Source of the DNA: Candidatus Latescibacterota bacterium
Lineage (GTDB): Bacteria > Latescibacterota > UBA2968 > UBA8231
Length of the DNA: 64,000 bases
Reading direction: 5' to 3'
Assembly (NCBI GenBank): GCA_965223905.1
Contig: CBDCXV010000009.1
Span: 544,001 to 608,000 of the forward strand
The translations under genes and the position numbers were made by a program. This document shows positions 55,491 through 64,000 of this stretch, one piece after another; within the stretch, counting starts at the first letter, position 1, and each line of letters opens with the position of its first letter. The notes beneath the pieces were generated by a model. It saw only the letters and a program-made list of their open reading frames with translations. It searched no databases and was not told the DNA's origin.

Positions 55491-56532
55491 ATGACGGATA
55501 CCCGGGGAACCGCAAGGAATCGGCGAAGGGCGGCGTTGGCCCTGCTGTGTCTCGCCGCGGGGATCGCGCTCGGCTGCCAGGGATCGGCCCTCACGGGGGC
55601 GAAACTGTACCTGAAGCAGGGGGATCCGGAGAAGGCGAAAGAGCAACTGATGCTGGCTCTCGAAAGCGAGCCGGAGCACCCGGAGGTTCATTTCCTGCTG
55701 GGACGGATCTACGGCGAGCAGGGGGAATACGCGACGATGTCCGAGTCGTTCGACCGGTCGCTCGAACTATCGGAGGACTTCCGCCCTCAAATAGAACAGC
55801 TCCGTCGCCAGTATTGGACGCGCTTGTATAACGGGGGGGTCGAGCGCGCTACCGCTGAGTTCCCGGATTTCAGCGCGGCCGCGGCATCGTTCAAGCTGGC
55901 GACGACAGTCGACCCGGAACCCCTCGACGCCTGGCGCAATCTCGCCTACTCGCACTACCGCCTGCGCGATCTGGACGGCGCCATACAGGCTTACGAGTTC
56001 GTGGCCGCCAGGGCCCCGGAGGACAGTTCGACCTTCCACAGCCTCGGGATGCTCTATCTCGAGAAGGGGGATCTCAGGCTCCGCGGAGCGCACCTTCGAG
56101 CAGCTGCTCGAGTCCAATCCCCGGCACCTGGGAGCCCTGAACAGCCTGGCTTCCGTCTACATGGACAACGAGCGATACGGCGACGCCGAGGCCGCTTTCG
56201 GAAGGGCGCTCGAGGCGGCTCCCGATGTCTGGCAGACGCACTTCAACCTCGGCAATCTCTACTGGAAACAGGATCGCTTCGACGGCGCCCGCGACGCCTA
56301 TCTCCGGGCACTGGAGCTGAATCCGGACGACATCGATACCCGCTTCAACCTCGCCGTCACCTACCTCGCTCTCGAGAGTACGGACGAGGCCCTGCCCCAT
56401 CTCGAGGAGCTGTCGCGGCGGACCCCCGACAACGCCACCGTCTGGCGCGAGCTCGGTCGTGTCTATGCCCTCCAGGAGCGCATCGAAGAAAGCGAAGCCG
56501 CCTACGACACCGCCGCAGCCCTCGAAGAGTGA
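55491..56532 (+). pseudogene. TPR-repeat lipoprotein with one frameshift near 56076 (real or sequencing error)
   Basis: Lipobox-like ALGC. TPR units read in one frame to ..EKGDL and resume after one extra base as GSAERTFEQLLESNPRHLGALNSLASVY...AAALEE*. Confidence 0.8.
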
Positions 56533-56594
56533 CCTGAGAAGCGGTCCATTCCCCGACCCCGTGGCACTGCCAGCGGCGCGGCGATGATCGGGAA

Positions 56595-57698
56595 ATGATC
56601 CAGTACACGATTCAGCGTCTTCTGCTGGCGATCCCGACACTCGTTGGGATCACCGTCATTTCGTTCCTGATCATGCACCTCGCCCCGGGAGACCCGGTGG
56701 ACCTCTTCCTGGGGGGGGCTGCCAGCGGAGAGGGGCTGTCCACCGACCAGCGGGACCAATTGGAGCGAACCCGCGCCGACCTTCGCCGGCAACTGGGACT
56801 CGACCGTCCGTTGTACGAACAGTACGCCCGCTGGATGTCGCGCCTTGTGCTCTCCGTCGAGACCGTCGAAACGGGGGAATACGACGGCGCCGGGATCCTG
56901 CTCTACGAGGGTTCGGGGGTGCGGCTCGCAACCCTGGATTTCGGCCGTTCCTTCAAGGATCAGCAGCCGGTCATAGAGCACATAGCCACCCGCCTGCCGA
57001 TCACCGTCGAGATCGGCGTCATCAGTCTCGTCGTCGCCTACCTCATCGGGGTCCCGCTCGGAGTTCTGTTGGCTTCCAGGCAGGACAGCACGCTCGATCG
57101 CGCCCTCACCGCCGGCACCTTCATGCTGTGGTCGATGCCGTCGTTCTGGGTCGGGATGCTGTTCATCATGTTTCTCTGCAACGAGGAGTTCCTGCACTGG
57201 TTTCCGGCATCCGGTATCGTCTCGCTCGAGGCATCCGGAGAGTGGGGGTTCTGGCGGATCCTGAAAGATCACGCCCACCACATGGTGCTTCCGGTGCTGG
57301 CCTCGTCGTACGCCAGCTTTGCCGGTATCTCGCGCTACATGCGAACAAGCATGCTCGAGAACATCCGCCTCGACTATGTGCGCACGGCGCGGGCCAAGGG
57401 ATTGGCGGAGCGCTTGGTGCTCCTGCGCCACGTCCTCCGCAACTCGCTCATTCCGATCGTGACCTTGATGGCCGGGCTGCTTCCCGGGCTGATCGCCGGA
57501 TCGGTGTTCATCGAGACGATCTTCACGATTCCCGGGCTGGGTTTCCTCGGGTTCCAGTCCGTCATCGTACGCGACTACCCGATGGTCATGGCGATTCTCA
57601 CCATCGGATCGGCGCTGTCGCTGTTCGGCATTCTAGCCGCCGACGTGCTTCTGAAGGCGATCGACCCGCGCATCGATTTCTCCCGGGTGCCAGGGTAG
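56595..57698 (+). CDS. Peptide ABC transporter permease (OppB/DppB family)
   Basis: LAPGDP, LGLDRP, DFGRSF, DYVRTARAKGL, IETIFTIPGLG, IDPRI. Confidence 0.95.
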   Translation: MIQYTIQRLLLAIPTLVGITVISFLIMHLAPGDPVDLFLGGAASGEGLSTDQRDQLERTRADLRRQLGLDRPLYEQYARWMSRLVLSVETVETGEYDGAGILLYEGSGVRLATLDFGRSFKDQQPVIEHIATRLPITVEIGVISLVVAYLIGVPLGVLLASRQDSTLDRALTAGTFMLWSMPSFWVGMLFIMFLCNEEFLHWFPASGIVSLEASGEWGFWRILKDHAHHMVLPVLASSYASFAGISRYMRTSMLENIRLDYVRTARAKGLAERLVLLRHVLRNSLIPIVTLMAGLLPGLIAGSVFIETIFTIPGLGFLGFQSVIVRDYPMVMAILTIGSALSLFGILAADVLLKAIDPRIDFSRVPG

Positions 57699-57705
57699 GT
57701 CCAGG

Positions 57706-58770
57706 GTGGGAACTCCGCGACAGACAGCAGAAGGCGCCCGTGCCGACCAATCATTCTCCAACGCGGCCAGCCTGTCCTACAGCCGTTTCGTCATCCGGCA
57801 GTTCGCCAGGAACCGGGTGGCGGTATGGGCATCATTCGGCATCGCCGCCCTGGCGCTGGTAGCGGTCGCCGCCGATCTGATTGCCGGAAACAAGCCGTAT
57901 TACATGAAGTACCGCGGAGAGACGTATTTCCCCGCCTTTCGCCAGTACGCCGTTCACGCCGGACTGATGGAATGGCCGCCGGAGCTGAGGCGCAGGCGCA
58001 ACCTGAAGAGGTTGAAGGTCGAAGCCGCCCTGTTTCCGCCGATTCCGTACGGCCCGGGGGAGATCCGGCTCGGGGAGAAATACCAGGAGCCGGGAACCGA
58101 GCACTGGCTCGGAACCGATCGTCTGGGGCGAGACGTGCTGTCCGGGTTGATTCACGGGTGCCGCTATGCCCTGGTCATCGGCCTGGTGTCCGTAGGCATC
58201 TCGTTGATCGTCGGGGTTGTGCTCGGCGCCTTGGCCGGGTACTTCGGGGGATGGCTCGATCTGCTGTTGTCCCGGTTCTTCGAACTCTGGGCGGCCATTC
58301 CGGCGATATTCCTGATCATTGCAGTCGCCGCCTTCTTCCCGCCCAACCTGTTCTTCATCATGGTCATCATCGGACTGATGAACTGGGTGCCGATCGCCCG
58401 CCTGACCCGCTCGCAGTTCCTACAGGTGCGCAGCTTCGACTACGTCGCCGCGGCGAGATCGCTGGGTTGCTCGAGCCGCCGCATCATGGTACGGCATATC
58501 CTGCCCAATGCGATCGCACCGGTCCTGATACCGGCCGCCTTCGGCATTGCGGGTGCCATCCTCGCCGAATCGGGGCTCAGTTTTCTCGGCATCGGGGTCC
58601 CGGCGGAGGCGATCACCTGGGGGTCCATTCTCGCCGGAGCCCGCAGCAATGCCTCCGCCTGGTGGCTGGTGGTGGTGCCGGGAATGGCGATTTTCGCGAC
58701 GGTGACGATGTACAACCTGCTAGGCGACGGCCTGCGGGACGCCCTCGATCCGAAGATGCGCGGGGACTGA
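57706..58770 (+). CDS. Peptide ABC transporter permease (OppC/DppC family)
   Basis: HWLGTDRLGRD, YVAAARSLG, RHILPN, LSFLGIG, GDGLRDALDP. Confidence 0.95.
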   Translation: MGTPRQTAEGARADQSFSNAASLSYSRFVIRQFARNRVAVWASFGIAALALVAVAADLIAGNKPYYMKYRGETYFPAFRQYAVHAGLMEWPPELRRRRNLKRLKVEAALFPPIPYGPGEIRLGEKYQEPGTEHWLGTDRLGRDVLSGLIHGCRYALVIGLVSVGISLIVGVVLGALAGYFGGWLDLLLSRFFELWAAIPAIFLIIAVAAFFPPNLFFIMVIIGLMNWVPIARLTRSQFLQVRSFDYVAAARSLGCSSRRIMVRHILPNAIAPVLIPAAFGIAGAILAESGLSFLGIGVPAEAITWGSILAGARSNASAWWLVVVPGMAIFATVTMYNLLGDGLRDALDPKMRGD

Positions 58771-58863
58771 TTCCGGCAAAGGGGGCTGGCGGCGGCCGGT
58801 CCGGCCTGATATCCAGAATCTGTCCCGGATGCAGGTGGAAGATCCACCAGGGGTGGAAGCGGC

Positions 58864-60141
58864 CTACAGAAAGTCCGGGATGATCTCGTTTTCCAGCATC
58901 TGCTCGAGCGTCTGCCGCCGGCGCAGAAGATGCAGACCGCCGGATTTGTCGAGCAGGACCTCGGGAGCTTCCGGGAAGGAATTGTAGTTCTTGGCCGCCA
59001 TGCCGGAGCAGTAGGCGCCGCTGCCGCCGATGACGACGGCGTCGCCGATGTGGGCCTCGGTAAACGGACGCGGCTGCAGGCCCTCGGGATTTCCCGTTTC
59101 CGGGGTCAGGACATCGCCGCTTTCGCAGCAGTGGCCGACCACCAGGTACTGCGCGCGCGCCCTCGGCTCCTCCGAGGCCGGGACAACGGCGATCGGGTGC
59201 TGGGCTCCGTACATGCTGGGCCGCAGCACTTCCGTCATTCCGGAGTCGACCTTGATGAACGAGTACCCCTCCTTGCCGGTATTCACGACATCGACGACGG
59301 AGCAGACGATCGCCCCGGCGTTGGCTGTGAAATAGGTACCCGGCTCGATCTCGAGATGCAGCCGTCTGCCGGAATTGGCGGCAAAACGTCGGAACTCTTC
59401 CGCCACCGGCTCGCCGGCCACCGCCAGATCTGTGGAGACCTCGCCGGGGACGCGGCCCACCTTGAAGCCTCCGCCGAGGTTGACGGTGGCTACCTCGGGC
59501 AGCAGGGCGGCGATACCGAGGGTCATCCGGGCGCAGCGCTGCCAGACCTCAGGATCGCTGCCGGACCCGATGTGTGAGTGGAGCAGACTTATGCGCAGGC
59601 GGTGGTCGCGCTGCAGGGCCTCGACCTGGTCGAGGTGTGCGTGCCAGATGCCGAAACTGGCGGAAGGGCCGCCGACGTTGGTGCGGTTGCTGTTGCCCGA
59701 ACCGAGTCCCGGGTTGAAACGCACCCCGAGTTCGCCGCCGGGAAAGCGGCTCCCGAAACATGCGAGCTGGTGCAGGGAACAGGCGTTGAAGCGGATTCCC
59801 ATGGAGACCAAGTCATCGAAATCGTCGGGCAGTTGCTGCGCGGTCAGAAGAATCTGCTCAGGCTCCACGCCCGCCTCGAGAGCGCGGCGGACCTCCCATC
59901 CGCTGCTGGCGTCGATCTGCAGTCCGGCCCGGTTCAGCACCCGGATGACCCCGGCATTCGGGCAGGCTTTCATCGCGTAGCGCACCGTAAGGCCGAAAGC
60001 GTTGGGAAACTCGAGCGCCGCCCGGGCCTGGGATTCGAGGGCGTTCTGGTCGTAGACGAACACCGGGGTGCCGAAACGGCCGCGGATGTTGCGAACCTGC
60101 TCCTCATCGAGAAACGAACCGGTCGTCGGGGAACTGTTCAT
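58864..60141 (-). CDS. lysA: Diaminopimelate decarboxylase
   Basis: GTPVFVYD, RYAMKACPN, DASS, HSHIGSG, LGGG, IEPG, RPSMYGA.H, GHCCESGD, GAY..NYN. Confidence 0.93.
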   Translation of the reverse strand: MNSSPTTGSFLDEEQVRNIRGRFGTPVFVYDQNALESQARAALEFPNAFGLTVRYAMKACPNAGVIRVLNRAGLQIDASSGWEVRRALEAGVEPEQILLTAQQLPDDFDDLVSMGIRFNACSLHQLACFGSRFPGGELGVRFNPGLGSGNSNRTNVGGPSASFGIWHAHLDQVEALQRDHRLRISLLHSHIGSGSDPEVWQRCARMTLGIAALLPEVATVNLGGGFKVGRVPGEVSTDLAVAGEPVAEEFRRFAANSGRRLHLEIEPGTYFTANAGAIVCSVVDVVNTGKEGYSFIKVDSGMTEVLRPSMYGAQHPIAVVPASEEPRARAQYLVVGHCCESGDVLTPETGNPEGLQPRPFTEAHIGDAVVIGGSGAYCSGMAAKNYNSFPEAPEVLLDKSGGLHLLRRRQTLEQMLENEIIPDFL

Positions 60142-60229
60142 GAGTGTCGTATCTTACTATTTTTATTGAACGTTGGTTCCTTTTTGGGCATCGTTCGAGT
60201 ATCGTCCAGGGCTTCGACTCCGTCAAGAC

Positions 60230-62053
60230 ATGGCCGTCCACATTCTCGGGATTTCCGCCTTCTACCACGACAGCGCCGCATGCCTGGTGCGCGACGGCGA
60301 GATCATCGCCGCGGCCCAGGAAGAACGTTTTTCGCGGGTGAAGCACGACCCCGATTTCCCCTCGCAGGCGGTTCGCTACTGTCTCCGCGAAGGCGGGATC
60401 GGGGCGGCAGATCTCGAATGCGTCGGTTTTTACGACAAGCCGCTCCTGACCTTCGAGCGCCTGCTCGAAACCCATCTCAGCACGGCGCCGCTGGGCATCC
60501 GGCTGTTCTGGAAGTCGATGCAGGTGTGGCTCAAGAAGAAGCTCTGGATCCCGCAGCTGATTCAAAAGGAACTAGGCCGCGACGTTCCCGTCCTGTTCGG
60601 CTACCACCACGAGTCGCACGCGGCCAGCGCCTTCTATCCCTCCCCCTTTGACGAGGCCGCCATCATCACCCTCGACGGAGTGGGTGAGTGGACGACGACG
60701 AGCTACGGCTTCGGGCGCGGCGCCGAGGTGCACTCGCTGGCCGAGATGAACTTCCCGCATTCGCTGGGACTTCTCTACAGCGCCCTGACCTATTTCGCCG
60801 GCTTCAAGCCGAACTCGGGAGAGTACAAGCTCATGGGGTTGGCCCCCTACGGTGAGCCTAAGTACGCCGGGCGTCTCCTCGACCAGGTGATCGACCTCGC
60901 ACCCGACGGTTCGTTCCGCCTCGACATGAAGTTCTTCAACTTCCTGTCCGGCCTTACCATGACCTCGCCTGCGATGGCCGACCTCCTCGACGGTCCCCCC
61001 AGGCCCGCGGAGAGCCTGATCACCCAACGGGAAATGGATATCGCCCGCTCCTGCCAGGTGGTGACCGAGGAGGTGATGCTGCGAATGGCCCGGCAGGCGC
61101 ACGCCGAGACCGGCATGTCGAAGCTCTGTCTGGCGGGCGGTGTGGCATTGAATTGCGTCGGCAACGGTCGCATCCTGCGCGAGGGACCATTCGGCGACAT
61201 CTGGGTCCAGCCTGCCGCCGGGGATGCCGGGGGAGCGCTTGGCGTAGCACTGTCGATATGGCATCGCCACCTCGGCAACGGGCGCACCGCGGACGGCGCA
61301 CGCGATAGCATGAAGGGAGCCCACCTTGGCCCGGCTTACGGGGACGAGGAGATCGCCGACTATCTCGAACGCGTCGAGGCCCCGGCCCGGCGCCGGTCCG
61401 CGGAGGAGCTTTCTGCGGAGGTCGCCGAGCTCCTCGACGAAGGCATGGTGATCGGCTGGTTCTGCGGCCGCATGGAGTTCGGGCCACGGGCCCTCGGGGC
61501 CAGAAGCATCCTCGGGGATCCGCGCTCACCAAGCATGCAGTCCCGGATGAATCTCAAGATCAAGTACCGCGAGAGCTTTCGGCCCTTCGCTCCGAGCGTG
61601 CTGCGCGAGCACGTCGCCGACTACTTCGAACTCGATGCCGACTCACCCTACATGCTGATAGTCGCGCCGGTGCGGGAAGATCGGCGCCTCCCGATAACGG
61701 AAGAACAGCGCCAACTCTTCGGAATCGAGCGGCTGAAGGTCCCGCGTTCCGAGATCCCGGCAGTCACCCATGTCGACTACTCGGCGCGCATACAGACGGT
61801 GTCGCGCGAGGACAATCCCCCCTATTACGACCTCATCCGGGCTTTTTTCAGCCGTACAGGCTGCCCTCTGGTAGTAAACACTTCGTTCAATGTTCGCGGC
61901 GAGCCGATAGTCAATACCCCGGAAGAGGCCTACCGCTGTTTCATGCGCACCGAGATGGACTACCTGGTACTCGGCAGCTTCCTCATCGACAAGCGGGAGC
62001 AGCCGGCCTGGGAAGAGGAGCAGTCCTGGCAGCAGGAGTTCGCACCGGACTGA
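60230..62053 (+). CDS. O-carbamoyltransferase (NodU/CmcH/SxtI family)
   Basis: ILGISAFYHDSAA, EERFSR.KHD, HHESHAASAF, GEYKLMGLAPYG, AGGVALN, EFGPRALGARS, RESFRPFAP, NTSFN. Confidence 0.95.
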   Translation: MAVHILGISAFYHDSAACLVRDGEIIAAAQEERFSRVKHDPDFPSQAVRYCLREGGIGAADLECVGFYDKPLLTFERLLETHLSTAPLGIRLFWKSMQVWLKKKLWIPQLIQKELGRDVPVLFGYHHESHAASAFYPSPFDEAAIITLDGVGEWTTTSYGFGRGAEVHSLAEMNFPHSLGLLYSALTYFAGFKPNSGEYKLMGLAPYGEPKYAGRLLDQVIDLAPDGSFRLDMKFFNFLSGLTMTSPAMADLLDGPPRPAESLITQREMDIARSCQVVTEEVMLRMARQAHAETGMSKLCLAGGVALNCVGNGRILREGPFGDIWVQPAAGDAGGALGVALSIWHRHLGNGRTADGARDSMKGAHLGPAYGDEEIADYLERVEAPARRRSAEELSAEVAELLDEGMVIGWFCGRMEFGPRALGARSILGDPRSPSMQSRMNLKIKYRESFRPFAPSVLREHVADYFELDADSPYMLIVAPVREDRRLPITEEQRQLFGIERLKVPRSEIPAVTHVDYSARIQTVSREDNPPYYDLIRAFFSRTGCPLVVNTSFNVRGEPIVNTPEEAYRCFMRTEMDYLVLGSFLIDKREQPAWEEEQSWQQEFAPD

Positions 62054-62538
62054 TGCCGGCCACGAACGGGGGCCCAGCCGCGAAGGGGAAGCATTCCTTC
62101 TGGAGGATTCCGGCGCCTGCCCCGGGGCAGCTGCGCAGCTTTGGATTACTGATGGGGGCCGCCAGCGCCTGTGCAGGAGGGGGACTGTGGTTCCTTCAGT
62201 CACTGCCGGAGGCGCTGTGGGCCGGAGGCCTGGCCGTCTGGCTGCTGGCATGCGCCCTGTTCTGGCAAGGGCCGCTACGGCCTCTCTACCTCGTCTGGAT
62301 GACGCTGGCAAAAGTCCTGGGGTTCGTCAACTCCCACCTGCTTCTTGCCCTGGTTTTCTACTCGATTTTCACCGCGATCGGGCTGATCATGCGCCTGGTG
62401 CGCTACGATCCCCTGCAGAAAGCCGGTTCCGAGGAGATGGAGCATGGCCCGATCGACAGCGGCGAAGGCGAGAGGTCCTACTGGTTGAAGCGGGAGAATC
62501 CACTGCACTCCCGCGACCATTTCCAGCGTCAGTTCTGA
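62053..62538 (+). CDS. SxtJ-family membrane protein
   Basis: QLRSFGL, LRPLY..WM.LA..LG.VNS..LL..VFY, DPL, SYW, C-terminal RQF. Coupled to the carbamoyltransferase. Confidence 0.8.
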   Translation: MPATNGGPAAKGKHSFWRIPAPAPGQLRSFGLLMGAASACAGGGLWFLQSLPEALWAGGLAVWLLACALFWQGPLRPLYLVWMTLAKVLGFVNSHLLLALVFYSIFTAIGLIMRLVRYDPLQKAGSEEMEHGPIDSGEGERSYWLKRENPLHSRDHFQRQF

Positions 62539-62616
62539 ACGCGCGAGCAGTCGTAACTGTTTCTCCAGCTTGGCTCTACGCGGGCATTGGAGGGCTGCGC
62601 GCCACCCTCGACGCTG

Positions 62617-62645
62617 TTGAAACCATGCGCCGGTCCGATTATATT
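62617..62645 (+). promoter_or_regulatory. sigma70-type promoter for the tadA-tRNA cluster
   Basis: TTGAAA-17 nt-TATATT. Confidence 0.6.
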
Positions 62646-62715
62646 AACTCCCCTTTGGAAGCCTTCTTCCCCAGCCCCCTCAGCGGCTGTACCAGGGCAA
62701 GGGGGCAGTCGAACG

Positions 62716-63195
62716 ATGACGTCGGAAGCAGCTGATAAGGACGGGCTCGATCGGCATTGGATGAGGGAGGCCGTCGAGTTGGCCGAGAGGGCGGCGGGTG
62801 CTGCGGAAGTTCCGGTCGGAGCCGTGCTCGTCAGCGGCGACAGGATAATCGGGCGGGGCTCCAACCGCGTAGAATCGACTCGCGATCCGACGGCACATGC
62901 CGAGATGATCGCAATCCGCCAGGCGGTTTCCGCCGTCGGTTCTCGACACCTTGACGATACTGTGTTGTATGTAACCCTGGAGCCCTGCGCCATGTGTGCC
63001 GGGGCTCTGGTCCTGGCACGCGTGTCGCGGCTGGTTTTCGGAGTTTGCGACCCGAAAGCCGGCGCCTGTGGAAGTGTCAGGGATGTCGTCCGGGATCCCC
63101 GCATGAACCACACATGCGAGGTGCGCGGGGGCGTGTTGCAGGCGGAATGCAGCGCCATTCTCAGGTGCTTTTTCCGGCAGCTGAGGAAGGGGTGA
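62716..63195 (+). CDS. tadA: tRNA adenosine(34) deaminase
   Basis: EVPVGA, DPTAHAE, TLEPCAMC, DPKAGACGS, FFRQLR. Confidence 0.95.
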   Translation: MTSEAADKDGLDRHWMREAVELAERAAGAAEVPVGAVLVSGDRIIGRGSNRVESTRDPTAHAEMIAIRQAVSAVGSRHLDDTVLYVTLEPCAMCAGALVLARVSRLVFGVCDPKAGACGSVRDVVRDPRMNHTCEVRGGVLQAECSAILRCFFRQLRKG

Positions 63196-63212
63196 AGGCA
63201 GGGATTGATTTT

Positions 63213-63299
63213 GGAGAGGTGCCTGAGTGGACGAAAGGGGCGGTCTCGAAAACCGTTGTGGCCGTCAGGTCACCGTGGGTTCGAATCCCACCCTCTCCG
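63213..63299 (+). tRNA. tRNA-Ser(CGA), CCA not encoded
   Basis: GGAGAGG/CCTCTCC-G acceptor, CT-CGA-AA loop, long variable arm. Confidence 0.95.
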
Positions 63300-63374
63300 G
63301 AGATTGTATCAAACAGAGTACCGGCTGTCGCCCGACAGCGGCAGGCAGTCGGGTCGTCGTCAAGCCGAAGCGTC

Positions 63375-63465
<91 letters not shown>

Positions 63466-63481
63466 GCATGGAGGGGTGCGT

Positions 63482-63557
63482 GGGGCAGTAGCTCAGTAGG
63501 GAGAGCGCCAGGTTCGCAATCTGGAGGTCGTGGGTTCGATTCCCATCTGCTCCACCA
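63482..63557 (+). tRNA. tRNA-Ala(CGC)
   Basis: G3:U70 pair, TT-CGC-AA loop, ends ACCA. Confidence 0.96.
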
Positions 63558-63623
63558 ATTTCTTTGCCGCATTCCGTATTTCGTCCCGCCCGTTTCTCGT
63601 CTGTCGGCGGGGCATTGAGCATC

Positions 63624-63896
63624 AGGTCGTGCTAGATGGGGAGTTAGCGGTGCCCTGTGACCCGCAATCCGCTACAGCGGGATCGAAGTCCCATCCGAGG
63701 CCCCAGCGTCTCACAATCGTCCGATGAGAAGTGGCGTCGAAAGCCAGATTCCGCGCAACGGAAGGTTTCCAAACTCCGTCAGGACCGGAAGGTAGCAGCG
63801 GTAGGAACGCCATTGCGTGTGCCGCGGAGCCGTCTGGCTGGAGCCAACTGGCATCGGCCGAAACGGAGGCCGGGTTCGAAGATGGGTGCACGACCT
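63624..63896 (+). ncRNA. ffs: Signal recognition particle RNA, large (Alu-domain) type
   Basis: Helix 8 TCAGGACCGGAAGGTAGCAGC, Alu-domain start GTGCTAGATGGGGAGTTAGCGGTGCCCTGT, terminal stem AGGTCGTGC/GCACGACCT. Upstream of dnaX. Confidence 0.93.
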
Positions 63897-63925
63897 TTTT
63901 TTAACCCGAAGAATCGCGACCCGAA

Positions 63926-64000
63926 ATGACGTACCAGGTTACCGCCCGGAAATGGCGGCCCCAGACCTTTGCCGAGGTGGTCGGCCAAGAGCACATCACG
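63926..64000 (+). CDS. dnaX: DNA polymerase III subunit gamma/tau, 3'-truncated by the window edge
   Basis: [25 protein letters not shown]. Confidence 0.93.
   Translation, partial: MTYQVTARKWRPQTFAEVVGQEHIT

Noticed and set aside
60230-62538. Saxitoxin biosynthesis cluster
   Set aside because: No sxtA, sxtG or other core genes. SxtI/SxtJ homologues are widespread.

Overview
This is 64 kb of a high-GC bacterial chromosome, mostly core genes around one complete rRNA operon (16S-tRNA-Ile-23S-5S, ~34.2-39.6 kb). Housekeeping content: gltX, glnS, dapL, nadA, xylA, murB, glcF, cysH, murD, argC, tatD, an EF-G paralogue, yebC-ruvCAB-tsaB-rimI, holB, rsmA, ilvE, an Opp-type ABC system, lysA, tadA, three tRNAs, a large-type SRP RNA and the start of dnaX. 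The 16S A1409-U1491 pair and gene content suggest an FCB-group lineage such as Latescibacterota/PAUC34f; this is inference, no search was run. Accessory material: two separate low-GC two-gene cassettes pairing an ABC-type ATPase with a putative nuclease (one PIN, one PD-(D/E)xK-like), an IS481 end and toxin-antitoxin debris. The best leads are (1) the ATPase+PIN candidate defence cassette, (2) a CopG-like ribbon-helix-helix gene coupled to nadA, (3) an orphan transcription unit followed by a sigma54-driven stand-alone Fis-type HTH gene and two Zn-ribbon ABC exporters with DUF1854, (4) substitutions in normally invariant rRNA positions (23S H71 loop, 16S EUB338 site), and (5) an apparent GC trough in core genes centred on the rRNA operon. 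No CRISPR array or prophage was seen. All calls come from reading motifs by eye.
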